The position numbers and the translations under genes were made by a program. From positions 640,001 through 704,000 of the forward strand of contig OZ244999.1 in NCBI GenBank assembly GCA_965223265.1: a DNA stretch of 64,000 nucleotides. The letters run 5' to 3'. How positions within the stretch are numbered: the first letter of the stretch is position 1; each line of letters opens with the position of its first letter. A model generated the notes under the pieces. That model did no database searches and was not told the DNA's origin. It saw only the letters and a list, made by a program, of their open reading frames with translations. The DNA comes from Planctomycetota bacterium. Lineage in GTDB: Bacteria > Planctomycetota > UBA8108 > SXIK01. Of the stretch, positions 57,601 through 64,000 are shown one piece after another.

Positions 57601-58498
57601 GTGGGAGGAGCAGACCATCGATTTTGAGCGCTGGGGACGGTATCCGTCGAACGTCGAGAACTTCCCGGAGGATATGCTGAGCAACCTTGAGATTGTTGAA
57701 GACCAAATCTCGAAGCATCGTCGCTTCCTCGCAGGGTTTGTTCGGCAAGAGCACGCTGACATCATGAACGCGCCGGTGCTGCGTATCTCGGAGATCATGT
57801 ATCGTCCCATGCGAGACGAACTGGAGTTCCTCGAGCTCGTGAACGTTTCGCCTCAGGACGTTGACGTTGGTGGCTGGGCGGTCGTTGGCATCGGCTACAC
57901 TTTTCCCGCGCGAACCGTCGTTGCGGCAGGTGAGACGGTCGTCTTAGCTAAGTCACCGCGCGCGCTGCGTGAAGAGGCAGGGCTGGGTGCTGAAGTGGCA
58001 GTGTTCGGGCCGTATCCAGGGAGGCTCGCGAACGACGGCGAGCTTCTCCGCGTCGAGGATTCCGGACCGGGATTCCCTGCGACCGTCGATCTTGTCAGAT
58101 ACCGTCCCGGTGAGGACTGGCCTGAGACTCGCCCGGGCTATAGTCTTCAGCTCTTGCGCGTCTCGCGATCCACTGACAACGACTCCGCGTCTGCGTGGAC
58201 CGTGTCCTCTGCGCTCGGCGGTGACCCAGGGAGCGGTGTGCAGCACTTCGTCCGCGGTGATGCCAACGCGGACGAGCGCCTGAACGTGTCCGACGCGATT
58301 TTCGTTCTGCTCTTTGTGTATCGCGGCGGCCAGGAGCCGATCTGCCTCGACGCGGCGGACGCAAACGACGACGGTTTGCTCGATCTTGGGGACGCCGTAA
58401 CCCTTCTCGGACACCTTTTTGGTGCCACCGAAGTGCTTCCAGAGCCATATCCTGAGATTGGGCCCGATCCGACAAGTGACACGTTAGGTTGCCGATGA
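54614..58498 (+). CDS. Secreted lamin-tail (x3) / CBM-like / CotH kinase protein with C-terminal dockerin-like domain
   Basis: Lamin-tail starts ISEVHYHP, INEIHYHP and ISEIMYRP. LIVNGGFESGLEGW. LFDDG.HDDRDAGDGVF. CotH motifs RWRGNT..KRNFKVRF, NID..KNHFLY and WDMD. Dockerin FVRGDANAD...ADANDDG...GPDPTSDTLGC. Confidence 0.87.
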   Translation: MKSLLPMAAPIRHPATRAKRTRLTAAVLLLLTCPSTDSLHASVVISEVHYHPPAPHDVADEFVELYNSGPTVADLSGWRLVGGVEYTFPDGASIEAAGCVIVTRTTGAADELGVTTVESVFAHYSGALANDDDHFVLVDAHERYVDDVVYGDRGFWPETADGGGDSLQRQCVDASGRNVANWLAAPPTPLVHVVGGICPPPELPTPRLVINEIHYHPFGSDSDRPIGDDGEVAEFLELRNPSSSALDVGGWRLSEGVEYEFPPQSVIPPGGFVVLARDPESLRDSFELPPDVVVAKYEGRLSNRGERLTVVDASGDVVESLRYDDSGQWPYMADGFGRSLERISAFGASGDPVNWRAGEVGEHRFRTLFGEGPKSNGFSQILILALPGTGEAIIDEVVLQDLSDGDRRNLIVNGGFESGLEGWRLRGSASNSVWDPAAGVDGGGALRLVVDGPCSFSQCGVNDAVSIPVSIPFNSQSTFRLTLSVRYVSGSQELFAGLFDGVQATVTRTMTPGRTNVVASDEIPPSVDYVGRSPRRPTSSDRTTISVRVRGDPTEVTLHYAPGEAGDFGVLQLFDDGAHDDRDAGDGVFANEIPPFEHNTQVRYWVQAARGPVATQFPRSSVFADPRGDELRGYYVNDLQESESIPTYHLLIDGIDGSDWVAVNDFLRCSELKRASFAFDGELYPDIGLRWRGNTACVIDKRNFKVRFNKALPFRSLRKLNFNGLWTDKSLVRERLAWDFIDQLGAPQIRTEYARIHVSGSYYGLYLCLEHPDERFLRRNGLDVSGSFYKARQPPPRRINEPIESALSIQPSGTYDARWEEEINEGGDFSDVESFVVSMHAAARSVADVTFFLDNTFPNTVIDFQLTQVLLNNIDSAIKNHFLYHSLEQGRWGFFTWDMDLVFGKFFLRDAADIEAGRQTGTLNDLMLSDLMGDLRPFFMTTLDGDREFNWLVEYFFTAGEGYFQRAYLVRLCRILEEKLKETSYAPQLDSLASLLWEEQTIDFERWGRYPSNVENFPEDMLSNLEIVEDQISKHRRFLAGFVRQEHADIMNAPVLRISEIMYRPMRDELEFLELVNVSPQDVDVGGWAVVGIGYTFPARTVVAAGETVVLAKSPRALREEAGLGAEVAVFGPYPGRLANDGELLRVEDSGPGFPATVDLVRYRPGEDWPETRPGYSLQLLRVSRSTDNDSASAWTVSSALGGDPGSGVQHFVRGDANADERLNVSDAIFVLLFVYRGGQEPICLDAADANDDGLLDLGDAVTLLGHLFGATEVLPEPYPEIGPDPTSDTLGCR

Positions 58499-61400
58499 AA
58501 CTGACGCAGGTATTCACGTTGGCCAAACTCGCACTTCAACCTTGGCGAGCTCGAGCGACACCGAGAGCGTCGTCACTGGGGATGTTCATCGCCTTGTTCT
58601 GCGCAATCGAGGTCCCTGCCGTCGTGATCACCGAAATTCACTACCAGCCGCCCGCCCCCGAGGCGAAGCGACTTGAGTTCGTCGAGCTCTACAACCCTTC
58701 GGCCCTTGCCGTCGATCTTGCTGGTTGGCGCCTTGAGCGGGGCGTCCGCTTCGAGTTCCCCGCCGGTGCCGTCATCCCTGCAGGGGGGTATGTCGTCGTT
58801 GCCAGGAATCGTGCAGCATTGGCGGCGGAATCGGAACTCGAAACCGACTCACTGTTCGGTGACTTCAAGGGGTCGCTCGCCAACGAGGGGGAAGAGATTC
58901 TTGTCGTCGATCACCTGGGCGTCTATGTCGACAGCGTGATGTACGACAACTCTCGACCGTGGCCGTCGGCCGCTGCGGGGGACGGCAGTTCTCTACACCG
59001 GATTTGCGGCGAGGAAGACGGATTTCTGCACACGAATTGGACTGGGTTGTCGCCGACGCCGGGTGCCGGACACGCGTTCGCCCGCTGTCCAGCGCCCGCC
59101 TTACCTATACCTCCCCTCGCGATCAACGAGATCTTTTACCACCCGGTGCAAGGCAGCGAGCTGATCGTCGTCGGCGATGACGGCGAGGCGAGCGAGTTTA
59201 TCGAACTCGTCAATACGAGCGGTGCGGCGCTCGACGTCGGTGGTTGGCGATTCTCGAATGGAATTCGTTATGAGTTCCCAGCTGGGACGATCATTCCAGC
59301 GGACGGCGTCGTGGTCTTGGCTAGGGACGCGACTGCGGCCTCTGTTGAGCTCGTAGACCCGGGAGTTTTTCTCGATCAGTACGAGGGGCGCCTCTCGAAC
59401 CGCGGCGAACGTGTCACCCTCCTAGACGCAGCTGAGACCGTGGTCGACAGCGTCAAGTACCTTGACCATGGAAAGTGGGCTTACGGCCCGGATGGGTTTG
59501 GACGATCGCTTGTGCGTATGAGTGTCGATCGACCGACGGACGATCCTGCCAACTGGGTCGGCTCGACGGTGAAAACCGGTGGATTTCAGGTTTTGCAAGG
59601 GACGGGAGGCCGAAGTCCTGGACTCGCGCCGCAGCAACTGGTGATCGCTATCGATGGAGAAGGAGAGGCGATCGTTGACGGTGTTGTCCTTGAAGACGTG
59701 GCCAACCCCGGCGTCAATCTGATCGACAACGGTGATTTCGTCGGTGGAATGCAGGGCTGGACAGCTGAGGGGGCTGCGGCGTTGTCTGAGTGGTCGCCTA
59801 CCGGCGGCGTCGATGGTGGTGGCGCTCTGCGACTGGTCTCGACGGGGCCATGCGGCGACGAGCAGTGCCGATCGGCTCAAGGTGTGTGGGCGGCTCCCAA
59901 TGCGCTTCTTAGCTCGACTGCGACGTATCGCTTGCGCCTCTCAGTCAAGCATATCAGCGGCAGTGTCGCGGTGCAGTCGGGCCTCGTCCTTGGCGTGCGA
60001 GCGACGACCCTACACTCGGCCGGGGAAGCGAGCGCCGTCGATTCTGCGGCACCCTTCATCGACCACGTCGCGAGGTTTCCGCGACAACCCTCGTCGGTCG
60101 ACAAGACTTGGTTGGTCGCTCGAGTTCGCGGCGTCGACCCAGGAGCGCCGACGGTGCGCATGGAGTACAGAGTCGGAGTCGACGGTGTCCTTCAAGAGCT
60201 GTTGCTGGTGGACGACGGTAACCATTTGGACCGAGATCCCGGCGACGGAATCTTCGGTGTCGAGTTGCCAGCGTTCGCGGGCGACACGCAGCTGCGTTAT
60301 CGATTCGAGCTCACGTCGACGAGTGGCACCCGTGAGTATCCCGAGCCGCTGACACCAGGCGCCGCGCTTGGCGAGGAGCACCTCGGATACTATGTCAGTG
60401 ACGCGGAAAACCCGACTGATCTGCCGACGTTTCACATCTTGCTGCCTGGTGTCGACGGGACTGATTTTCGCGCCGTCAACGCCCATCTGCTGTGCGATTT
60501 TCTGCAGCCTGCCTCTTTCGCCTTCGAGGGCGATCTTTACCCCGACGTGGGGGTGCGATGGCGCGGCAACACAGCGTGTGGCATCGACAAACGAAACTTT
60601 AAGATCCGCTTCAGTAAAGCGCAGCCATTTCGCGGTCTGCGCAAGATGAACTTCAACGGCCTCTGGACCGACAAGTCACTCATGCGTGAACGTGTCGCGT
60701 GGCAGTTTACGCGTGAGCTTGGGATGCCCTACGTCGAAACCGAGTATGGTCGCGTTCTGATCAACAGTGACTACTATGGCTTGTTTCTTTGTCTTGAGCA
60801 TCCTGATACGCGCTTCATGAGGCGTCTCGGCCTTGACACGAATGGGAGTCTCTACAAGGCGAAGCAACCGCCGTTTAACCCTGATCCAGCGGTGGTCATA
60901 CCAGGCGTCGTGGAGCGCGAGGTGGGTGCGTACCCGGACGGCTGGGAGGAAGAGGTCAACGAAGGTCGAGATTTCTCGGACATCGAGGAGTTCGTTGGCT
61001 CGATGCACGCCGCGGGGGTTGGGCCGATGTCACTCGATTTTTGGCAGACACGCTCTTTTCCCGAACTGATGATTGGATTCCAGGTCGCACAGGTCGTGCT
61101 TGGTAATTTCGACAGCGCGACGAAGAACCACTTCCTGTACCACGATGTCGATGAGGGGCGATGGGCTATCCTGAGCTGGGATCTTGATTTGGTTCTCGGG
61201 AAGTTTTTCGATCTGAATGCCATAAATCCCAACGAAGGCCGTCAACAGGGAACGCTGAACGACGTCATGATGAGCCAGAACTCGGAGGTTCAGGGGCTCC
61301 TCACGCCGTGGTACATGTCGACCGTCAATCGCAATCCGAGGCGCAATTGGGCGATCGATTTTTTCTTTCGCGCTGGCGATGGCTTCTATCAACGAGCTTA

Positions 61401-62400
61401 TCTTGTTCGCCTGCTCCAGATCCTCGAAGAGAAGTTCCGGCTCCCCGAATTCTCCGATCGGCTCGATGAATTGTTCGAATTTCTGTTCGTGGCGCAGGCG
61501 GAAGACTTCGACCTTTGGGGGCGTTACCCGTCCAATGTCCAAGGCTTCCCGGAGGACATGGCGGGCAACCTGTTGATCATCGAGCGCGAGCTCGACGCGC
61601 GTCGGGACTTTCTTCTCAACTACATCGCGACAAATCACGCCGAGATCTTGTCTACACCGCGCGTCAAGATCAGCGAAATCCTTTTTCTCTCGCCGCGCGA
61701 CGCGGAGCTTGAATTCGTCGAGCTGACGAATGTCTCCGCTGCGAGTGTGAACCTTCGCGGTTGGACGATCGACGGAATCGGATATCAGTTCCCCACAGAC
61801 GAAGACGTTGTGTTGCCAGCTGGTGGAGTCGTCGTCGTCGCAAGGGATCCGCAAGCTCTGGAGGCGGCGGCCCGGGACGGCGACATGCCGGCCCTTTTTG
61901 GGCCCTACAGCGGGCGCCTCAACGATGCAGGAGAAGAACTCAGGCTGCTTGACGCTGGACCGGGGTTTCCGGCCACCGTTGACTACGTCGCATATTCCTG
62001 CGGTGGTGATTGGCCCGAGATTGAGCCCGGATTCAGCGTGCAAATGGTCGACGTCGCTGCCGGGCGTGACAACGACCTGCCGACGGCATGGGTGCAGTCG
62101 GCGAGTCGGGCTGGAAACCCGGGCAGGACGCAGCCGGAGTTTCGGCGCGGGGATGCCAACAGCGATGAGCAGATCGATATCTCCGACGCGATCTTCGTGC
62201 TGCTTCATCTCTTCGTCGTTCCTCAGGATCTCCGCTGTTTCGACGCGGCGGATAGCAACGACTCCGGAAACGTCGATCTTTCGGATCCCATAGCGCTCCT
62301 GAATCACCTGTTTCGCGGCGAAGCGAGCCCGCCGCCGCCGGCGCCCTATCCGGGGCGTGGCGTCGACCCGACGGCGGACGACCTCACCTGCGGCGACTGA
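58495..62400 (+). CDS. Paralog of the upstream gene: lamin-tail (x3) / CBM-like / CotH kinase / dockerin-like protein
   Basis: ATG 58495 overlaps the upstream TGA (ATGA). Same domain order, with shared blocks RWRGNTAC.IDKRNFK.RF, NFNGLWTDKSL.RER, GEG/GDG..QRAYLVRL and WGRYPSNV..FPEDM. Dockerin FRRGDANSD...GVDPTADDLTC. Confidence 0.87.
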   Translation: MKLTQVFTLAKLALQPWRARATPRASSLGMFIALFCAIEVPAVVITEIHYQPPAPEAKRLEFVELYNPSALAVDLAGWRLERGVRFEFPAGAVIPAGGYVVVARNRAALAAESELETDSLFGDFKGSLANEGEEILVVDHLGVYVDSVMYDNSRPWPSAAAGDGSSLHRICGEEDGFLHTNWTGLSPTPGAGHAFARCPAPALPIPPLAINEIFYHPVQGSELIVVGDDGEASEFIELVNTSGAALDVGGWRFSNGIRYEFPAGTIIPADGVVVLARDATAASVELVDPGVFLDQYEGRLSNRGERVTLLDAAETVVDSVKYLDHGKWAYGPDGFGRSLVRMSVDRPTDDPANWVGSTVKTGGFQVLQGTGGRSPGLAPQQLVIAIDGEGEAIVDGVVLEDVANPGVNLIDNGDFVGGMQGWTAEGAAALSEWSPTGGVDGGGALRLVSTGPCGDEQCRSAQGVWAAPNALLSSTATYRLRLSVKHISGSVAVQSGLVLGVRATTLHSAGEASAVDSAAPFIDHVARFPRQPSSVDKTWLVARVRGVDPGAPTVRMEYRVGVDGVLQELLLVDDGNHLDRDPGDGIFGVELPAFAGDTQLRYRFELTSTSGTREYPEPLTPGAALGEEHLGYYVSDAENPTDLPTFHILLPGVDGTDFRAVNAHLLCDFLQPASFAFEGDLYPDVGVRWRGNTACGIDKRNFKIRFSKAQPFRGLRKMNFNGLWTDKSLMRERVAWQFTRELGMPYVETEYGRVLINSDYYGLFLCLEHPDTRFMRRLGLDTNGSLYKAKQPPFNPDPAVVIPGVVEREVGAYPDGWEEEVNEGRDFSDIEEFVGSMHAAGVGPMSLDFWQTRSFPELMIGFQVAQVVLGNFDSATKNHFLYHDVDEGRWAILSWDLDLVLGKFFDLNAINPNEGRQQGTLNDVMMSQNSEVQGLLTPWYMSTVNRNPRRNWAIDFFFRAGDGFYQRAYLVRLLQILEEKFRLPEFSDRLDELFEFLFVAQAEDFDLWGRYPSNVQGFPEDMAGNLLIIERELDARRDFLLNYIATNHAEILSTPRVKISEILFLSPRDAELEFVELTNVSAASVNLRGWTIDGIGYQFPTDEDVVLPAGGVVVVARDPQALEAAARDGDMPALFGPYSGRLNDAGEELRLLDAGPGFPATVDYVAYSCGGDWPEIEPGFSVQMVDVAAGRDNDLPTAWVQSASRAGNPGRTQPEFRRGDANSDEQIDISDAIFVLLHLFVVPQDLRCFDAADSNDSGNVDLSDPIALLNHLFRGEASPPPPAPYPGRGVDPTADDLTCGD

Positions 62401-62581
62401 GGCGAGGCGCACCCGTGGCAGCGGGGGCAGGGCACCGGGCGCGTTCCGACGCCGTTCGTTGTCTCGTAATGTGTGGTTTTCGAATGGTTTTTTGATCGAT
62501 TTTCGAACAGGCTGTCAGGGGTTGGGTTTTCGGGCAGATTGCTGATTCAGCAGCGGCTATGTGATCTGAGACAACTCCACA

Positions 62582-62786
62582 TAGCCCGCATTTCTCACGA
62601 GCGTCGTGTCGTGGCACGGCTTTGCGATTCGACCGCTGAGTCCGACCCAGAAGCGAGGACGAAAGGGCTTCTACCACATTGAGGATCGAATCGTGAAGCC
62701 TGACGTAGTTGAGTCCGACCGAGGAGGGAGGACGAAAGCGCGACTTGACGGTGCCGCAGTAGGAATCTTGTGAGAAATGCGGGCTA
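62582..62786 (+). repeat. 205 bp structured element bounded by perfect 17 bp inverted repeats (MITE/REP-like or structured ncRNA)
   Basis: TAGCCCGCATTTCTCAC (62582-62598) / GTGAGAAATGCGGGCTA (62770-62786). Internal direct repeat TGAGTCCGACC-N7-GAGGACGAAAG at 62637 and 62710. Second copy at 3974-4153. Confidence 0.85.
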
Positions 62787-62803
62787 GGGTCGATGGGAGA
62801 TGC

Positions 62804-64000
62804 GTGACCGGTCCGGGAGGCATCGGCCGCTTCCGGATTCTCGCGGACCTCGGCGCCGGTCGCTACGGTCGCGTTTGGAAGGTCGCTGACCCTCTGCGTT
62901 TGAATCAGCCGTTTGCCTTGAAGGTCCTTCATCGCCCACGGCGAGGGGGGGGCCGCGGCGGCGGCTTTAACGCCGAACTAACGGCGGGAGTCGAGATCCG
63001 CCACGCAGCTCTCGTTGAGGTGTATGAGGCCGGAATCGTCGACCATGAAGGTCAAAGCCAGCCGTACTTGCTGCTTGAGTTCGTCGAAGGCAGAGCGCTG
63101 CTGCCCCGGTGGCGTCCCGCGTCGTTGGTACCACTGGCGCTCGAGCTGCTGTCGGCGCTCGACGCGATCCACCGGGCCGGCTGGTGTCACGGCGATTTGC
63201 ACCCGGCGAATGTTCTCGTGACGACGCAGCCTGACGCCGACGTTCGTTTGCTCGACTTTGGTCTCGCGTATCGCCCCGATCAGCAGCAGGCCCCGGCGAT
63301 TGGTACGCCGCGCTTCGCCGCGCCGGAGCTTCTTTACGGGGCGAACGTCTCCCCCGCTTCGGATCTCTATTCTCTTGCGATGATCCTGCTCGAAGCGCTC
63401 GCGGTTTTGCCTCACGCGGAAACCGGTGAGCGCCTTCTCGCGACTCGCCAAGGAACGTTCTATCGACAGGTGTCAGATCTCGATTGGGGGTCGTCTCAAA
63501 TGGCCGAAAGCTGGGGGCTGTTCTTTCGCCGTCTCCTCGATCCCGATCCCGCTTGCAGGGCGCAGACTGCCGAGGAGGCCGCGACGATCCTAAGCGCTAG
63601 AGAGTGGGAGGGCTCGCGCCCACGACGGCGAGCGCCACCGCGTTTCGAAGTCGCGCGTCTGGAGCGAACCGACGCTGCGAGTGAGTACCTGCGGGATATG
63701 CCCGAGCTGCTCAAGTCTCTTCCACGGCGCCCCGCGTTGTGTATTCTTCGCGGGCCACCGGGAGCTGGGAAGACTCGTTGGTTGCGTGATGCACAGCTCT
63801 GTGCTGCCGCGTCCGGGGTCCGATCCGTCAGGTTCGAATTTGCCAGGGCGGTGTTCGAGTCGCGCGCTGAGACTGGGGCTGAGCGCAGCGCGCAGGATCT
63901 GTTCTACCTGTCTGAGTCGGGCGCTGGTGCCCAGGGGACTCCGCGTTTGCAGGTGGCGGCGGCGGTTGCGACCGAGATGCTCAACTCCCTGGCCGCGGTG
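62804..64000 (+). CDS. Partial Ser/Thr protein kinase fused to a P-loop (AAA-like) ATPase domain
   Basis: Manual translation from GTG 62804 (GGGAG RBS), open to the window end: LGAGRYGRVW, FALK, HGDLHPAN, DFG, GTPRFAAPE, SDLYSL, then Walker A GPPGAGKT. Not in the ORF track because it is truncated. Confidence 0.88.
   Translation, partial: MTGPGGIGRFRILADLGAGRYGRVWKVADPLRLNQPFALKVLHRPRRGGGRGGGFNAELTAGVEIRHAALVEVYEAGIVDHEGQSQPYLLLEFVEGRALLPRWRPASLVPLALELLSALDAIHRAGWCHGDLHPANVLVTTQPDADVRLLDFGLAYRPDQQQAPAIGTPRFAAPELLYGANVSPASDLYSLAMILLEALAVLPHAETGERLLATRQGTFYRQVSDLDWGSSQMAESWGLFFRRLLDPDPACRAQTAEEAATILSAREWEGSRPRRRAPPRFEVARLERTDAASEYLRDMPELLKSLPRRPALCILRGPPGAGKTRWLRDAQLCAAASGVRSVRFEFARAVFESRAETGAERSAQDLFYLSESGAGAQGTPRLQVAAAVATEMLNSLAAV

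Noticed and set aside
56078-62412. Long antisense ORFs (56078-57280, 61030-62412, and similar ones such as 16602-17585, 18480-19349, 22738-23673 and 25418-26413)
   Set aside because: These are shadow frames of well-supported genes on the opposite strand in GC-rich DNA, with no recognisable motifs.
62612-62626. Sigma-54 promoter TGGCACGGCTTTGC
   Set aside because: GG-to-GC spacing is 9 nt rather than the required 10, and the site lies inside the repeat element.
62637-62745. Canonical hammerhead ribozyme(s)
   Set aside because: Stem II and GAAA are present, but the core reads CCGCUGA or CUGA-N6-UGA instead of CUGANGA, and no NUH cleavage triplet is correctly placed. Kept only as a variant hypothesis.
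62582-62786. Retron msr-msd ncRNA (a1/a2 inverted repeats)
   Set aside because: No reverse transcriptase gene is adjacent or in the window, and the element is dispersed in two unrelated contexts.

Overview
GC-rich bacterial chromosomal segment, almost certainly from a Planctomycetota genome. This is inferred from the DUF1501, DUF1549/DUF1553, DUF1552/DUF1592, PPC-domain, sulfatase and ASPIC/UnbV family genes. It holds about 32 protein genes. I saw no rRNA, tRNA, CRISPR array, transposase or phage genes. Housekeeping and transport genes include ppiC, a TAXI-TRAP pair, a quinone reductase, fabF and a NatAB-like ABC transporter. The most striking feature is five large, probably secreted proteins sharing a Cys-containing dockerin-like module. 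Four are lamin-tail/CotH-kinase proteins and one is a metzincin protease with an FG-GAP propeller. I found no cohesin or glycoside hydrolase, which suggests a non-cellulosomal dockerin-based surface assembly or sorting system (inference). The intergenic DNA is rich in structure: a ~205 bp inverted-repeat-bounded element present twice, with a compensatory base change and hammerhead-like sub-motifs; a 159 bp hairpin MITE; a perfect 6x21 bp array; and a phased GARYTC palindrome array upstream of a CotH gene pair. All family calls come from motif recognition by eye, not from database searches.
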